Assembly: GCA_964247055.1 (NCBI GenBank)
Contig: OZ176054.1
Coordinates: 2,976,001-3,040,000 of the forward strand
Source of the DNA: Paragordius varius
Lineage: Eukaryota; Animalia; Nematomorpha
Direction of reading: 5' to 3'
DNA: 64,000 bases
In this document: one piece after another, positions 30,285 through 43,665 of the stretch
Position numbering within the stretch: position 1 is the stretch's first letter
Layout of the letters: the number at the start of each line of letters is the position of its first letter
Made by a program: the position numbers and the translations under genes
Notes under the pieces: generated by a model
The model's input: only the letters and a program-made list of their open reading frames with translations
What the model was told of the DNA's origin: nothing
Database searches by the model: none

Positions 30285-33200
30285 AAGGTACAAATTTTTT
30301 TATATTTATAATGTATTTGTGTTAAAAATAAATAAATATTACAATAATTTTTTGTATAAAAATTTTTGGTTGTACCCCCCAATGACCCCCCCCCTTCTCA
30401 GATTTGTCCCGCTTTTTCCTTCAAAAAATCTGGTCACCTTAGGCATACCTCACACTATCTTACGGCATGATGGAAACTATATAAAAGATTTAAATATTAT
30501 AAAAATATTTTTTTAATATTTTAGTGATGCCGAACATTCAATCACCTCATTTATGTGAAATAAAATTGTTGTTTTTTTAACCCAAATTTAAAAGCAAACG
30601 AATCTTAAATTAAAATTCTGAAGAGAAAATGTTCGGCATCATCAAATAAATAAAAAAGTATTTTTATGATATTGAATCCCTTTTTATATAATTTCCATAA
30701 TGGGTTAAGCTAGTTCCAGGTATGTAATCTATTTTTTTAAAAAAATTTTTAATGCCAGTTTATATAAAATTATCGCATAATCTCGGTCGGCATTTTTGCG
30801 TTTAGTGAAACACTTGCACATGTTAAAAGGGCAAAAAAAATTGGGACTTTCGGAGCCCACATCTAAAAGTATTAAAATTTTATTACAAGTATTATTTTGC
30901 TCTTTATATTTGTGATATATTTTAGTGATATTTTATGTAATGAATAGTCACGAAAACAATTTATTGAACAAATGTGCGGAAATGTCGCCATTTTTTGATA
31001 TGGCGCAGTTACCATAAAAGTGTAAAAAACTTCCTAAATAACTTGTAAGTGCCAAAACAAAAAACACCATTATATCTTGATACATTTTTCTTTGAATAAT
31101 GTTTCATTAGGATACTTATACATCCAGATTTTGGACGCAGCATAAAAATCACGAGGATGAGTGTAATTGTATTGAATATCATTGACAATCAAGTTGAAGG
31201 AAACTCGACAATACTGTTCACCCCAATTTCTTGGTATAAGAGGTAAAATTGAATGGTGGTTAATGCTGATTATGTTAAATAATTAAACCCCTTTTTTATG
31301 CCTTATAATACATAATTTAGATCAGGGGTGCTTACCGAATTTCAACGGGCTAACTAAAATATTTTTTGTCTTTAGGGCCGCGCACAGCATAAATTCAAAA
31401 ATTGGATAATTCTTTGACAAGCACGCAGAAATTTAAGATTAAATTAGTACAACGGAATTTGATGGTTGAATATAATTCAGAACTATGTGTCTTCTTGTGT
31501 TGTTTAGTAATATATTTTCAGATCGATGAATTTTTCAACAAGATATCCATAGATAAAAGCGATTTGCACAGGTTGCATCATATTTGGCATGTATATAAGC
31601 CATGAATTTTAACATTTTATCTTAAATCCTGGATTCTTATAAAAAATTTCCTTTGGGTTCATTCCATTATTGATTTCCATATTTTCTTCACGAGTAGTTT
31701 TAAGTGAAAATTTATGATTAAAGTTATTTTTACTGTTTTCCCTCAGTTTACGCATGCGAGTCGGCATATTCATAAAATTCCATTTAGAGATCGCTTGATA
31801 CCCGATATAGATTTCGATATTGGCTTTTTGATGTTAAACCAGTCTGGTTTAATAATAAGGTTTGATATTAGAATATGTCCTGCTGTATGTTTGATAATAG
31901 ATATTATAATTGAAATGTTTATATTTATCAAACTAAATGGCAAAAGAGACATTTTACCTGATATAATATATGCGACACTCAAAAAATTTTGGTGTACTAC
32001 GCGCTTAACAAAGACCTAGGGAATTTGGAGGTTATCTGGTACGCCCCTAAGACAAAACATATTTAAAGTGAAATAATGTGGTGAGCGCCAGATCTAAATT
32101 ATATTGTAAAACAGCATTAAAAAGGGGTTCAAACAGTTAACATATTCAGCGTAAATCAACCATTCTTTTCTCCGAGAAATTGTGGCGGTCACGAGTATCT
32201 GAATCATTCAAATTTATTCAACTTAATAGTTAGCGTTGCTCAATATGATAACAGTCCTACCTATTAAATGCTTTGTTTGTACAACTTGCAAATTGAGTCC
32301 ATCATTAATCAGACATTCAACTTTACTCCTTATACCAATAAATTATGGCGAAAATGTTGGGTTTTCTTTAATTTAATTGTTAATGGTATACATACAATAC
32401 AATTAAAGTTCTTACCCTATGTTATGTTAACTTAGACGCCCTGCAAATTTTAATCGACAGATAACAAATTGATTTTATCTCCAAATAACCAAGCAACTGT
32501 CAAATTTTTCGGTATAAGGAGCATGAATGGTTGATTAATACTTAGTGTGTTAAACCACTTTTTTATGCTGATTTACAACATAACCTACATCAGTGGTCAC
32601 CAAATTATTTTAAAGCTAACTAATATATTTTATTGTCTTAAGGGCCGTGCACCGCATAATTCCAGAAATTGCATAGCTCTTTGTCTAACACCAAGATATT
32701 CATACACTAAATCAGGACAATAGATTTTTTAAAGGTCGCATATATTTTGCAGATAATGTCTTTTGGTGCCATTAGTTATATGTATCAAAAACCAATCTCA
32801 TATCACATATGATAGGTCAATCTTGTCATCTATATGGGCTATCAAGCGATTCTAAATGGAAATTCGTTTATGAATGCGCCGATTCGCAGGTGTGAGTTGA
32901 GGTAAACAGCATATACATTGATATTATTATTTTACATTTACACATTTATTTCACATTCTGCCAAAACTCGAAATACCATTTGTTTTTTGGTTACTATATG
33001 GCTTCTAAATTGAAATAATTTTTTCGATATGATCAAAACCGAATTAATATTTTGTATGTACATATGCCATAAATTTTCAATGTTATTTCATACTTGAATT
33101 CTAAGTTTCTTTTCGTTAGATAAAAACTATCTAATATTGGGCTGATTCCATTAGTAATTTCCATATTTTCTTCATGTTTTAAGTGGGAATAAGTTATTTT

Positions 33201-33752
33201 TATTTTCCCTAAACTTAAACATACGACTTAGCGCATTCATAAACAAATTTCCATTTAAGATCGCTTGATAGTCCGTATAAACGACGTATTAAGTTATGCA
33301 TGTAGTGATGACTTAATAATTAATAAATTTAATAGTTTATTTAAATATATCCAATTACATGATTAATAATAAATTTTATAATCAAAATATTTATATTATT
33401 AAAAGTTTATAGGACAAGAGGCATTTTAGCTATGAAGAATATGCGAACCTCAGAAAATCTCATACTGATTTAGTGTATAAATATCTGCATGCCTGGAAAA
33501 AGCCATACAATTTTGAAATCATGTGGTGCACGGCCCTTAAAAAGTATTTTGGTTGGCCCCTCAAACCAATTTGGTGAGCACCACTCGATGTTTTATTGTA
33601 AAACACTATCAGAAAAGGGTTTAATCAATCAACATATTCAACATAATCAGTCATTCAACTTTACCCCTTATACCGCAAAATTTAAGGAAAAGTTGTATGG
33701 TTAATTAATAAAATCATTTTGTTGGCTGTATCTTAACATAGTGTCCACAAAA

Positions 33753-36442
33753 TATACCATTTCCCAGTCAATCGAAACATTTTTTCCCAGTCAATAAAAA
33801 TTTCCCAATCAATAAAAAGGTTTTCCGAGTCAATAAAAACGGTTTAATCTCAAAACATGACATAAAAATAACTTTTAACCATTATCAGCGACATTTCCAA
33901 TTATATTCCAGTACAATCTTTAATGACTTATTTTTTAAAAGTTATTTGGAGTTTGAGATATTTTAAGATAATATTTTTATTTTATCGATGGTTCGCATTA
34001 ATATTTCCCGCTAAATCTATAGTTAGGGATGAATATAAGTTAGGTAAAATTTATGTTTAAGATCCAATATGAAGTGTTAAATGACTTGAGATAAAAATGG
34101 TATATTTTTCTAAATTTTATTATATCATCCGTAACTATAGATTATATAAGTTAGCCGAAAATATTAATGCGAACCATCTATAAAATAAAAATATACCATT
34201 TCCCAGTCAAAATAAACGTTTTCTCAGTCAATCGAAACGTTTTCTCAGTCAATCAAAACGTATTCCCAGTCAATCAAAACGTATTCCCAGTAAATCGTTT
34301 TCCCAGTCAATCGAAACGTTCCTGTCAATCGAAATATTTTCCCAGTCAATAAAAACATCCCAATCAATAAAAACGTTTTCTCAGTCAAAAAACGGTTTTA
34401 TTTTTGACGATAAATATTAAAACATGACATAAAAATAACTTTTAACCATTATCAGAGTAATATTAGGATATTATTTTATCACAATTATTGAACGACAATA
34501 TCTCCTATATATTCTAATAGACAATCATTAATAATTATTCTTTGAATGCTATTTTATCAACTGGATGAATATTTTATGGTTTTTAAGAATTTTAAGAAAA
34601 TATTTAGTAATAATTTTTTTATTTTATCGATGGTTCGCATTAATATTCAAGGCTAACTTATAAAGTTTATAGTTACAGATAAAATTTATAATCTAAAATT
34701 CGTAATTTAACGCTTATTGGATCTTAAACAAAATTTCACCCTAATTTATATAATATTTATCATTTGGTCCAGGAGTGGACAAGCGAAAAATTGAGAAATC
34801 CATATGCAAAAATATGCCCACAAATTAGTAAAATTCATATTTCTCAAGCATTTATTCTGAATGAGTCTATTAAATTGGCAAGGAAATAAAAATAATGTTA
34901 TATTGTGTTTGTACTTTACAGTCGTATGTCTAAAATCGAATAAATTATTTATGAATGCCCGTACATATTTCGAATGCGAAACGCCGTGCTTTTTGAGTTA
35001 AAAATGCGGCCCGCGAAGCCATTTTGTTAGAATAACCTTTTTTTTGAAATATTTTTAAATCAAAAACATTTTTATTTAAAAAACATGTTTTGTTTAGTTA
35101 TTTTTTTCCGACAGTATTTTTATCCACAATTCGAGATGTTTAAAATCCAATATGAAGCGTTAAATGACCAATTTGAAATGAAATGGTATATTTTTATAAA
35201 TTTTATCTGTAACTATAGACTTTATAAGTTAGCCTTGAATATTATTGCGAACCATCGATAAAATAAAAAAATTATTAAATATTTTCTTAAAATTCTTAAA
35301 AACCATAAAATATTCTTCCAGTTGTTAAAATATAGCATTTAAAGAATAATTCATTAATGATTGTGCATTAAAATATATAGGAAATATTGTCATTCAATAT
35401 TTCTGATTTTATAATAAATAATATCCTAATATTACGCTGATAATGGTTAAAAGTTATTTTTATGTCATGTTTTGATATTTATCATCAAAATAAAACCGTT
35501 TTTATTGACTGGGAAAATGTTTCAATGGGAAAACGTTTCGATTGAGGAAAATGTTTTAATATTGGGAAAATGTTTTGATTGACTGGGAAAACGTTTTTTA
35601 GACTGGGAAATGGCATATTATTTTAAAAATATCTCAAATTCCAAAAAATATAACTTTTAAAGAGAATAAATTATTAATTGATGGTGCACTGGAATATAAT
35701 TGGAAAAATTGTCATTCAATAATTGTCTTTTTATAAAAAATATCCTAATATTACGCTGATAATGGTTAAAAGTTATTTTTATCTTGTTTTGATATTTATC
35801 ATAAAAAATAAAATCGTTTTTATTTACTTAGAAAACGATTTTATTGATTGGGAAAATGTTTTTTTTTATTGATTGGGAAAATGTTTATATTGACTTGGAA
35901 AATGTTTCGATTGACTGGAGAACTTTCGATTGACTGGGAAAACGTTTCAATTGATTGGGAAAATGTTTCGATTGACTGAAAAAACGTTTCGGTTGACTGG
36001 GAAAATGTTTCGATTGACTGGGAAAACGTTTTTTTTGATTGGGAAATGGTGTATTTTTATAAATTTTATTATTTCATCCACTATAAGTTTTTTAAGTTAG
36101 CCCCAAGTATTAAAGCGAACCATCTATTATATAATTTAATTATTTCTTACTCAAATTCCATAAAATATAACTTTTAAAGAATAAATCATTAATTATTGTG
36201 CATTGGAATATAATTGGAAAAATTGTCATAATTGTCTTTTTATAAAAAATATCCTAATATTACGCGGATAATAATTAAAAGTTATTTTTATATTTTGTTA
36301 TTTCATCAAAAAAACCGTTTTTGTTTACTTGGAGAACGTTTTTATTGACTGGTCTTCGATTGACTGGGAAAATGTTTCAACTGATTGTGAAAATGTTTCG
36401 ATTGACTGGGAAAATGTTTCGATTGACTGGGAAAGAGTATAT
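33753..36442. mobile_element. Modular foldback-type element (family D) with TATACCATTTCCCAGTCAAT termini
   Basis: Two forward modules (33753, 34192) and three reverse modules (ending ~35617, ~36053, ~36442), each with arrays of ~20-nt TTCCCAGTCAATCGAAACGTT repeats. Inserted at TA(TA) in the right arm only; the left arm is uninterrupted at ~23720. Confidence 0.8.
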
Positions 36443-36879
36443 ATATAACTCTTGATAAAATATGTATATTGTGATGGGAAAATATATTAGGATTATCATG
36501 GGGCTTTTGCTTATGTCCCTTTGGAACGACTGGAGTTATTTACCCTTTTGTGGCATGTGCTCTAATATGACAAAATTTGCTCACATTTTTTTAATAAACC
36601 TTTTTGGTAATGGCTAAATGCTTAATTCCAACAAATATCACTAAAATTAATCATGAACTACACATAAGAAGCAAAACAATATTTTTATAAAATTTAAATT
36701 TTTAGATGTGGGCTCCGAAAGCCCCAAAATATTTCACTATTTCAAAATGGGCTAATTCTCTTATTATGAACGCAAAAACGCCGATGACAAGAATGTTAAA
36801 TATATGCCAACCTTAACATAAACTAAAAATATAAAAAAATGTTTCTTTTTTTCAAAAATTTAATATTAAAAAAAATTTT

Positions 36880-38905
36880 GCTAAAGAATAAAGTTGGTGA
36901 GTAATGCATTATGTCTAATACCGTTTAACCCGAACCTTCCGTTAGTGTTGGAAACAGGCACATCGAATGACGAATTCGGAGCAGTCTTATCACATATGAC
37001 AAGTGAGGGGAAACGGCCGATAGCTTTTGTGTCTCGAAAATGTGCGAAGGCAGAACAAAATTTCTCGGTGATTGAAAAAGAAGCAAGGGCATTTTTATAT
37101 ACGCTAGAAAAATTTAAAATGTTTGTCTATGCAGAAAGTTCGTACTATTAACCGATCATAAACCCCTAATCAAGTTGTTTGGCTTTAAGAGAGCTAAGTA
37201 ATATTAACAATAGTAGATTAGTAAGATGGATACTCAGAACAGCCGATTATAATTTTAATATATAATATATTAATGGTTCAGAAAATTTAGCGGATTGGTT
37301 ATCTCGTCTACCGTATGAAGAACCGACTGAGGAGGTTGAAGAGCAAGCACCCAGGCAAATCAACTTTTTAACAACAGACAACTTAAACGTACAGCGAATT
37401 AAAGAAAATACATTACGGGATGAGTTTTGATGTTAAAAGCGGCTCTACATCATAATGATTGGTCAGCTCCAATTTTAAATTCGATACTGAGTATAAGAAA
37501 CGAAATACAAGAATCATATGGTTTGTTGTATTGGGGCGATCGTCTGTTTATTCCCAGGGCGTTGCGAAATGAAACGTTAAAATTTTTGCATGTTGGACGT
37601 TCGGGGGCTAATGTAATGAAAGAGTCTGCCAAGGCAAGGGTTTATTGACCATGTATAAACCAAGACATCGAAAGTTATGTGAGATCTTGTATGGGGTGTC
37701 AGTTAAACCGAAGTAACATAAAAAGCAATCCCACGTACAAATTGAATTTTAATACGGGTATCTGGGAAAGGATACATCTTGATATTGCCGGTCCTATTGA
37801 TGGGTTTTATTGGTTAGAGCTATCGATAGTAGATCCAGATGGGTTGAAGTCGAATTGCTAAAAACTGTTAATTCTACAAACATATTACATTTGTTAGAAA
37901 TTTGGTGTGTAAGATACGGGTTTCCCTGAATATAGTTACCGATAATGCATCATATTTTGCATCGAGATTTTAAAGATATCTTGCACCGAGCAAACATCAA
38001 ACATGTCACTAGTGCAATCACCCACGAACAAATGGGCTAATGGAACGTGTCATTTACACTTAAAGCACACTATAAATCGTTAACGGATTCTAAGCTGACT
38101 CCTGACAAAAAAATAAACCAAGTATTATGGGGTTATCGCTCCGCCGTACATAGCGCCACAGGGGAGTGCCCGTATAACTTATTTCTGAAAAAAAATATTA
38201 ATACCCCCTTTTCTTGGGTTAGGGAAACACCCTCACAACAATTAGAAGTCGACATAATACCCAATCAAGTTTTTAGACCGAACGAAGAAGTGTGCATAAA
38301 GAATGAAATCACTTCAGGGTGGAGAAAATGTTCAATTTTGGAGAGAACAGGGGTACTCTCGTACACGGTTAAAGATGGAAATCGAACACTTCGCAAGCAT
38401 GCTGATCAATTACGGCCGACCGGAGTCGAGAATGGCGGAGAGGAGGATGATAATTTAACGATAACCAAACAGATGAAGGGATTACAACCAATAATCGGGA
38501 GGTGGGGGAGGAACCAAGAAAAGAAAAAGAAAACGATAAAGACACCCAGGTTGAAATAAGAATAGAAAAAACAACTGAGAAAGAACCTGAAAGGAGATAT
38601 CCTCTTAGGGAGAGAAAAGCACCAGATCGGCTCGGATTTGGATAAGGAGATATGATAGATTAGAATACATCAAGTTAGCTAACCTTAGACGAGACCAATT
38701 TATATATTAGATTTGAATACATTTTTGATGACCTTTTATATTTGAGTTAAACTATTGTATCAATTTTGAATTTAACTTGCACATGTTATTTTACCTTGGT
38801 TTAACATGTAAATATTATATTCACAAAAAGTATATAAACGTCGCAAACTTTATATAGTTTAGTGTATGTATTTTATATTGTTTTACGGTTTCTCTATTTA
38901 CTACA
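36880..38905 (+). mobile_element. 5'-truncated Ty3/gypsy LTR retrotransposon (RNase H, integrase, 3' LTR), decayed
   Basis: PFNPNLPLVLETGTSNDEFGAVLSH..RPIAFVSR..AEQNFSVIEKEA (RNase H); LLTDHKPL; integrase WERIHLDIAGP; YPLRERKAPDRL tail; purine tract ~38640-38650; putative LTR ~38651-38905 ending in CA; many stops and frameshifts. Confidence 0.9.
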
Positions 38906-39146
38906 TTAATAAAATATATTTTAGGTGATTTCGATACAATGTCTAAATTCTCTAACCGGTACTAAAATGAACTCATATTAAAAGCGCGACACTATGTTTT
39001 GAAAACAATGAAAGGATAGAAATTTTTGTAGATTATATTTTTTATTGAAAAAATAAGTCTATTATTGATTCCAATTTACCATTTGCATAAATAGGGACCA
39101 ATTATATCAAATATAGTGGTATTTTTCATTGGTAATAATTTTAGAT

Positions 39147-39384
39147 CAGGGGTGGCCACGTGGCCCGCATATACAAAATTTTATGATCAAAGTAAGTTAT
39201 TCTTTTATAACATATTTTCTTAATTATTTCCAAATTTGGCAAAAAAACTAGCAAAAAATATTAAAATTAATAGTAATTTTTACAATCTTATGGTTAAATT
39301 TAATAAAATATTTGTAAACTCAAATATTTTGTTAGTGCGGCCCACCAAATGCCACCGCGAAGCCATTTGTGTTGGACACCTCTG
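39147..39384. mobile_element. hAT-type MITE (family E), right arm, mirror of 21316-21569
   Basis: CAGGGGTGGCC...GGACACCTCTG with perfect 8-bp TSD TTTTAGAT. Confidence 0.88.
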
Positions 39385-39799
39385 TTTTAGATACTCGTTA
39401 ATTGTCATTACGAAATCTGAATAGTTTTTACTGTGGTATGAAATTATGAAATCAATAACTATACAAAAATATTGCAGTTAAAAGTGATAATATACTGAAA
39501 CGATAAATTTTGCCATGTGTTTAATGCATTCAGGTCATGTTAAATTAGTAAGCCAAAGTTTTTAACTGATCAATGATTTTATCTTGATTATTGAATTCAT
39601 AAATTACAAATTGGAACCAATCTATTCATTTTTTAATATGTGTTGTGTATTATAAAAAACTTTGATGAAAAAACGGAAAAATGTTCTCAAATAAATTCAT
39701 AAAGTGTAAAAATATTACCAACCGATATTACTAAAACATTAAATAATAAATCATGGAAATCAATTAGTTTTTACCACCCATTTGTATTTTTAAGCAACC

Positions 39800-41425
39800 A
39801 TTGAACAATGAAATCAACCTTTAGTGGATATTTCGGGCAATTCGAAAGCACTTTTAGGGCGGCATGTGGTCCATCGTGGTTTGAGTACCATTGATTTTGA
39901 TTGAGAATATACATTTTGTCTAATTCTTTTCTTTATCAAATATGAAGTGTCAACGTTTTTGTTTATATTAAATTGTAATTTTAAGTAATTTTTGAATTTT
40001 GTAAAAGATTAAAAGCATTAAAAACTGTAAATGATTGTTGGTAAAGCGATTCTATATTTATTTATCTATTATGTATATAGAGATGTGGTAAATAAGATGC
40101 ACCATGTTATTAATATAAAATTATTAAAATAAAACCTACGCTTCAAATTTCAAAACTTATAGAAAAGAGGCTATTTTAATAATGAATAAGAAAATTTACT
40201 ATTTAGAATTTTAGTAAATAGGGATACCAAAATACCAGCCGGAGCATTGCAGAGGTAGGAAAATGGTGGACTATTTAATTTGCATTAGAAAAATATAAAA
40301 TATTTTTTTCTGGTAAAAAATTTGTGGTTTAACTGGAAATCTTAATTTAGCTTGTGGCTATAAAGGAAATCGAATAATATGTGTAGTATACCGCCGATTA
40401 TAATAATATACATTTATAGATTTGAAAACTTTGGCAGTTTGTTTCGAGTTCGTATTAAGGGGCAAGCGCGCAGTTGTCGACTAAGCACAAATTTAAAATA
40501 TCTGTCTAAGAATAGGTTAAATACGAAGAGAAAAAATTACTCCTAGATATGATTTTTTGATGTCGATTAAAGCGACATAAAGGATGGTCGCTCCTCTTTT
40601 ATCGGATATTAGGCAAAAGAATTAAACTCTGAATCGTGTGGATTGGCTAAATTGGGGCAACATGTTATTAATGTCATGGATTTGCGCAATCACAGTTTTG
40701 CATACCGAACATTCCAGGTTATGAAAAAATTATGTTAAATCCAGAGGCTTAGCTTGCATTTCTAGCGCCCGGAGCATGAAACCGTGATGGGGCTCCCTCC
40801 ACTCCATGCGACCCCTTGCATTTTAAAAAATAAACAAATTTAAACAGTGGTCATGGCTGCTCATATATGGATGATTTTTTTATGTATTATTTAAAATAAT
40901 AACTTTTAAATACCTATTTTTTAAAATAAAATTAAAAAATGCATCCCTTTCCCTCTCTACGCCCCTGGTTAAATCTTGTCTATATTCGGAAAGGGGGTAT
41001 ATGGAGAAGAACAAAACTTTAAGTCCATTGATGTTTTTTGCTTGGCCGTTGTCGATATTAGATACATGTGAGTAGAAGTGAAACTGATGCTATTACTCAA
41101 TTGGATAATAGTTGCCTTCAATACGGATTTCCTTGCATATTGCATAAAATGCAAATTTTACAAAGACTTTAAGGATACCACACAACTGCCAATACTAAAC
41201 ATGTCCAACATTCGCAAACAAATGGGTTATTCGAACATTTTTTCACCTTCATATTATAAATTGCTATCTGATTTAAGTTACCTACGGCTAAAACAATTAA
41301 ACAAGTCCTTTATTGTTCAGGCTAGCATAGTGCCATCAAAGAATGACCATCTAAAATATTTTTGCCGAAAAATATTAATTTGTTCCTTTCACGGGCAGGA
41401 CCACATACTTGCAACCAATCGATAA
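39800..41425 (+). other. Candidate exons of an unidentified gene or pseudogene (mirror remnant at ~19490-20900, minus strand)
   Basis: GC-richer blocks conserved between arms with splice-like borders (tttatag|40419, CAG|gttatg ~40717, |gtgagt at ~41068 in both arms) and a 115-codon ORF at 41078-41425. Frames cannot be joined unambiguously. Confidence 0.3.
40742..40967. mobile_element. hAT-type MITE (family F), right arm only
   Basis: CAGAGGC...GCCCCTG termini with perfect 8-bp TSD GTTAAATC; absent from the left arm. Confidence 0.85.
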
Positions 41426-42206
41426 CGACAGTAAAATTCTAAATTCGAATGAAAATGTATACGTTCGGAATTGTCTGGACCAGAACTATCACACACCAGG
41501 AGCCAAGCAATCAAAAAACCAATCAAACCCAGACAGATATCTTAATATTGATTATATTTATTCAATGAAATAGTAGTTTTTATGTTATATTTATACAACT
41601 ATATCAACATAAATCAGTCAAACTTTAACCACTAATTTATTAAGGCCATAATCAAGTAGAAATATGGAACTTGTAATTGTTTTTCAAGCCGCTAATAGGT
41701 TCTTATACTATATTATATTTATATGTATTCATTTTTAATTTACCTTATGAAGTTTGATGCCTACTATTATACATGAGTTTATTAAAAATATTCCGAAAAA
41801 GCTGTAGCCATAAAGCAGTGACACTCAACCGCGGCACTAAAAGACCTTTTTTATGACCTTAATTTCTCCAAACTTTATTTAATTTTTTTATTGCTAAATT
41901 TTATTGATTTCGATATTTTTTTATATTATTCAAAAAATAAACGGCTTTGATATTTTTTAATTATAGTAAATTACTATTGATCCCATTAAAAGATATTGAT
42001 TTTTTAAAAAGAATTACCGGCTATCTACGAAAGTTATACATAGCACTCCTTAAACTTACACACGCGGGCTGCATAAAACATGAAATATGTTAAAAATATT
42101 TATAGAAATCGCTTGAAACATTTCCATATGGGCGACATATTTAAATTGAGTATCATGATGCTGAACCAGATTCAACAACAATTGTTGGAAATTTCATACC
42201 AGCATT

Positions 42207-42604
42207 TATACCGTTTACATTGAACGAATCAAATTCACCCTTAAACAATTCAAATTCATCCTTCAATTCAAATTCATCCTGGAACAATTCAAATTCACCT
42301 AAAAGTAAATTATGTGTTTTCGGGCAGCTAATATAACTCATTATTAATATGAAATATAACTTTATGGAATAGTTTATTGTTTTTTCAGCATTATATTAAT
42401 TTTAAAACAGAATATTTTAAAAATATTATAATATAAAGGTAATTTTTAATCTTAAAAAATACATAATTTATTTTAGGGTGAATTTGAATTGTTTTGAGGG
42501 TGAAATTGAATTGTTCAAGGGTGAATTTTAATTGTTCCAGGGTGAATTCGAATTGTTTAAGGGTGAATTTGAATTGTTCGAGGGTGAATTTGAACTGATG
42601 GTAT
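42207..42604. mobile_element. MITE family C copy with expanded subterminal repeats
   Basis: TATACCGTTTAC...GATGGTATA; tandem GGGTGAATTTGAATTGTTC units. Confidence 0.78.
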
Positions 42605-43665
42605 ATATACGGCCCGAATCTCGGTGTACTAATTTGGGTATATATATCTGCATATGTTTAAAAGAGCTGTATGTTATTATGCGCGGCCCTTAAGACAAAG
42701 AAATTATTTATTCGGCCTGTCAAACTTTTTTGGTGAGTATCACTGCCATAGATGGTCCAACACACAGCTAATGGACGTTTAAACATAATACGAAAAAAAG
42801 TTAATTTCGTTCATAATTATTTTAAGTAATTAATACAATAATTATCAGCACTCTTAAGTATAAAAGTGGAATCTTTTAATGTTTTTCGCTGGCTCATAGG
42901 TACCTCCTATAATTTAATAATATTATATATCATTATTTATGTATAGGAATTGCTAATCATCACAGTGATTGAGTTTTGTGTAGTGTGTGGGTGTATTTAG
43001 ATAATATATAATATTATAGATTAGGTGAGAAAACTACTGTCACAATGAATATATAAAAAGTGGTTTTTTCAAAAAAGGATGCCTTCTAACATTAACTTTC
43101 CACCATTTTAAATCGGTTTGGCAGAGTGTTGTTATTAATTAACAAATATTTGATTGCGTGTATATAAACTATAGTGATAGACTGACTAGTCGTGTGATGA
43201 TGACACCTGCAAAAATTTAATGTAAAGCGTTTGTTTTAACATAAGTCATTCACATGATTAATAAAACGGAAAAGGAAAAAACTACCCTAATAAAAAATAT
43301 AAAAATAAAAATGAATGAAAAAGCGTATAAACAATACTGTACTTTGTTGTGTAACTATCCAAACAATAAGTTTGGTTTAAATCAATTATGATATACATGA
43401 TTTTGAATTGTCCCAAGTTTGACACACAATTTAAAAAATATAAGTCAAAAATTTGAGCAAACCAACCCAAGAATAATAACTTAACAAGTGTGCTTGCGTA
43501 TTTAATATTTTTAAATATGGATAGTAGAGAATTATAAAATCATTGCATTATCTCTTGATTGAGTATGACATTATTTGCTATTAAACTTAACATTTTTCAA
43601 ATGTGTCTGTTTATACCATTTTTATCAACTGCTAACGGCATTCGAAATACAAGATTAATACAGTA

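Larger units (their letters stand above)
27026..30441 (+). mobile_element. hAT superfamily DNA transposon (Blackjack-like), 3416 bp, decayed transposase
   Basis: 13-bp perfect TIR TAAGGTGACCAGA, 8-bp TSD GGCATACC (27018-27025, 30442-30449), GTCCCG subterminal motifs. Broken ORF from 27596 (MSTKRGCKFNDELMKDFPF; CLICEGEFTLAHGGKHDI..H..T.KH; SLYSDASNH; AYCADNTNTNFGG; ALSLPGTNAATERVFS) to ~29400. Confidence 0.93.
21930..36860. repeat. Alternating-orientation array of ~9 copies of a ~0.7-1.2 kb gene-like unit
   Basis: Approximate copies: + 22090-22650; - 23230-24330; + 24500-25010; - 25130-25780; + 26040-27025/30450-30560; - 30600-31500; + 31714-32350; - 32480-32960; + 33170-33752/36443-36850. 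Shared motifs include GCACGGCCCT, TTTGGTGAGCACCA, AACCATTCAACTTT, TTTAGATGTGGGCTCCGAAAG. Confidence 0.85.

Noticed and set aside
33753-36442. CRISPR-like repeat arrays (also 15590-15680 and 42480-42600)
   Set aside because: The repeats are contiguous without unique spacers, lie inside TIR elements, and there are no cas genes in a clearly eukaryotic context.
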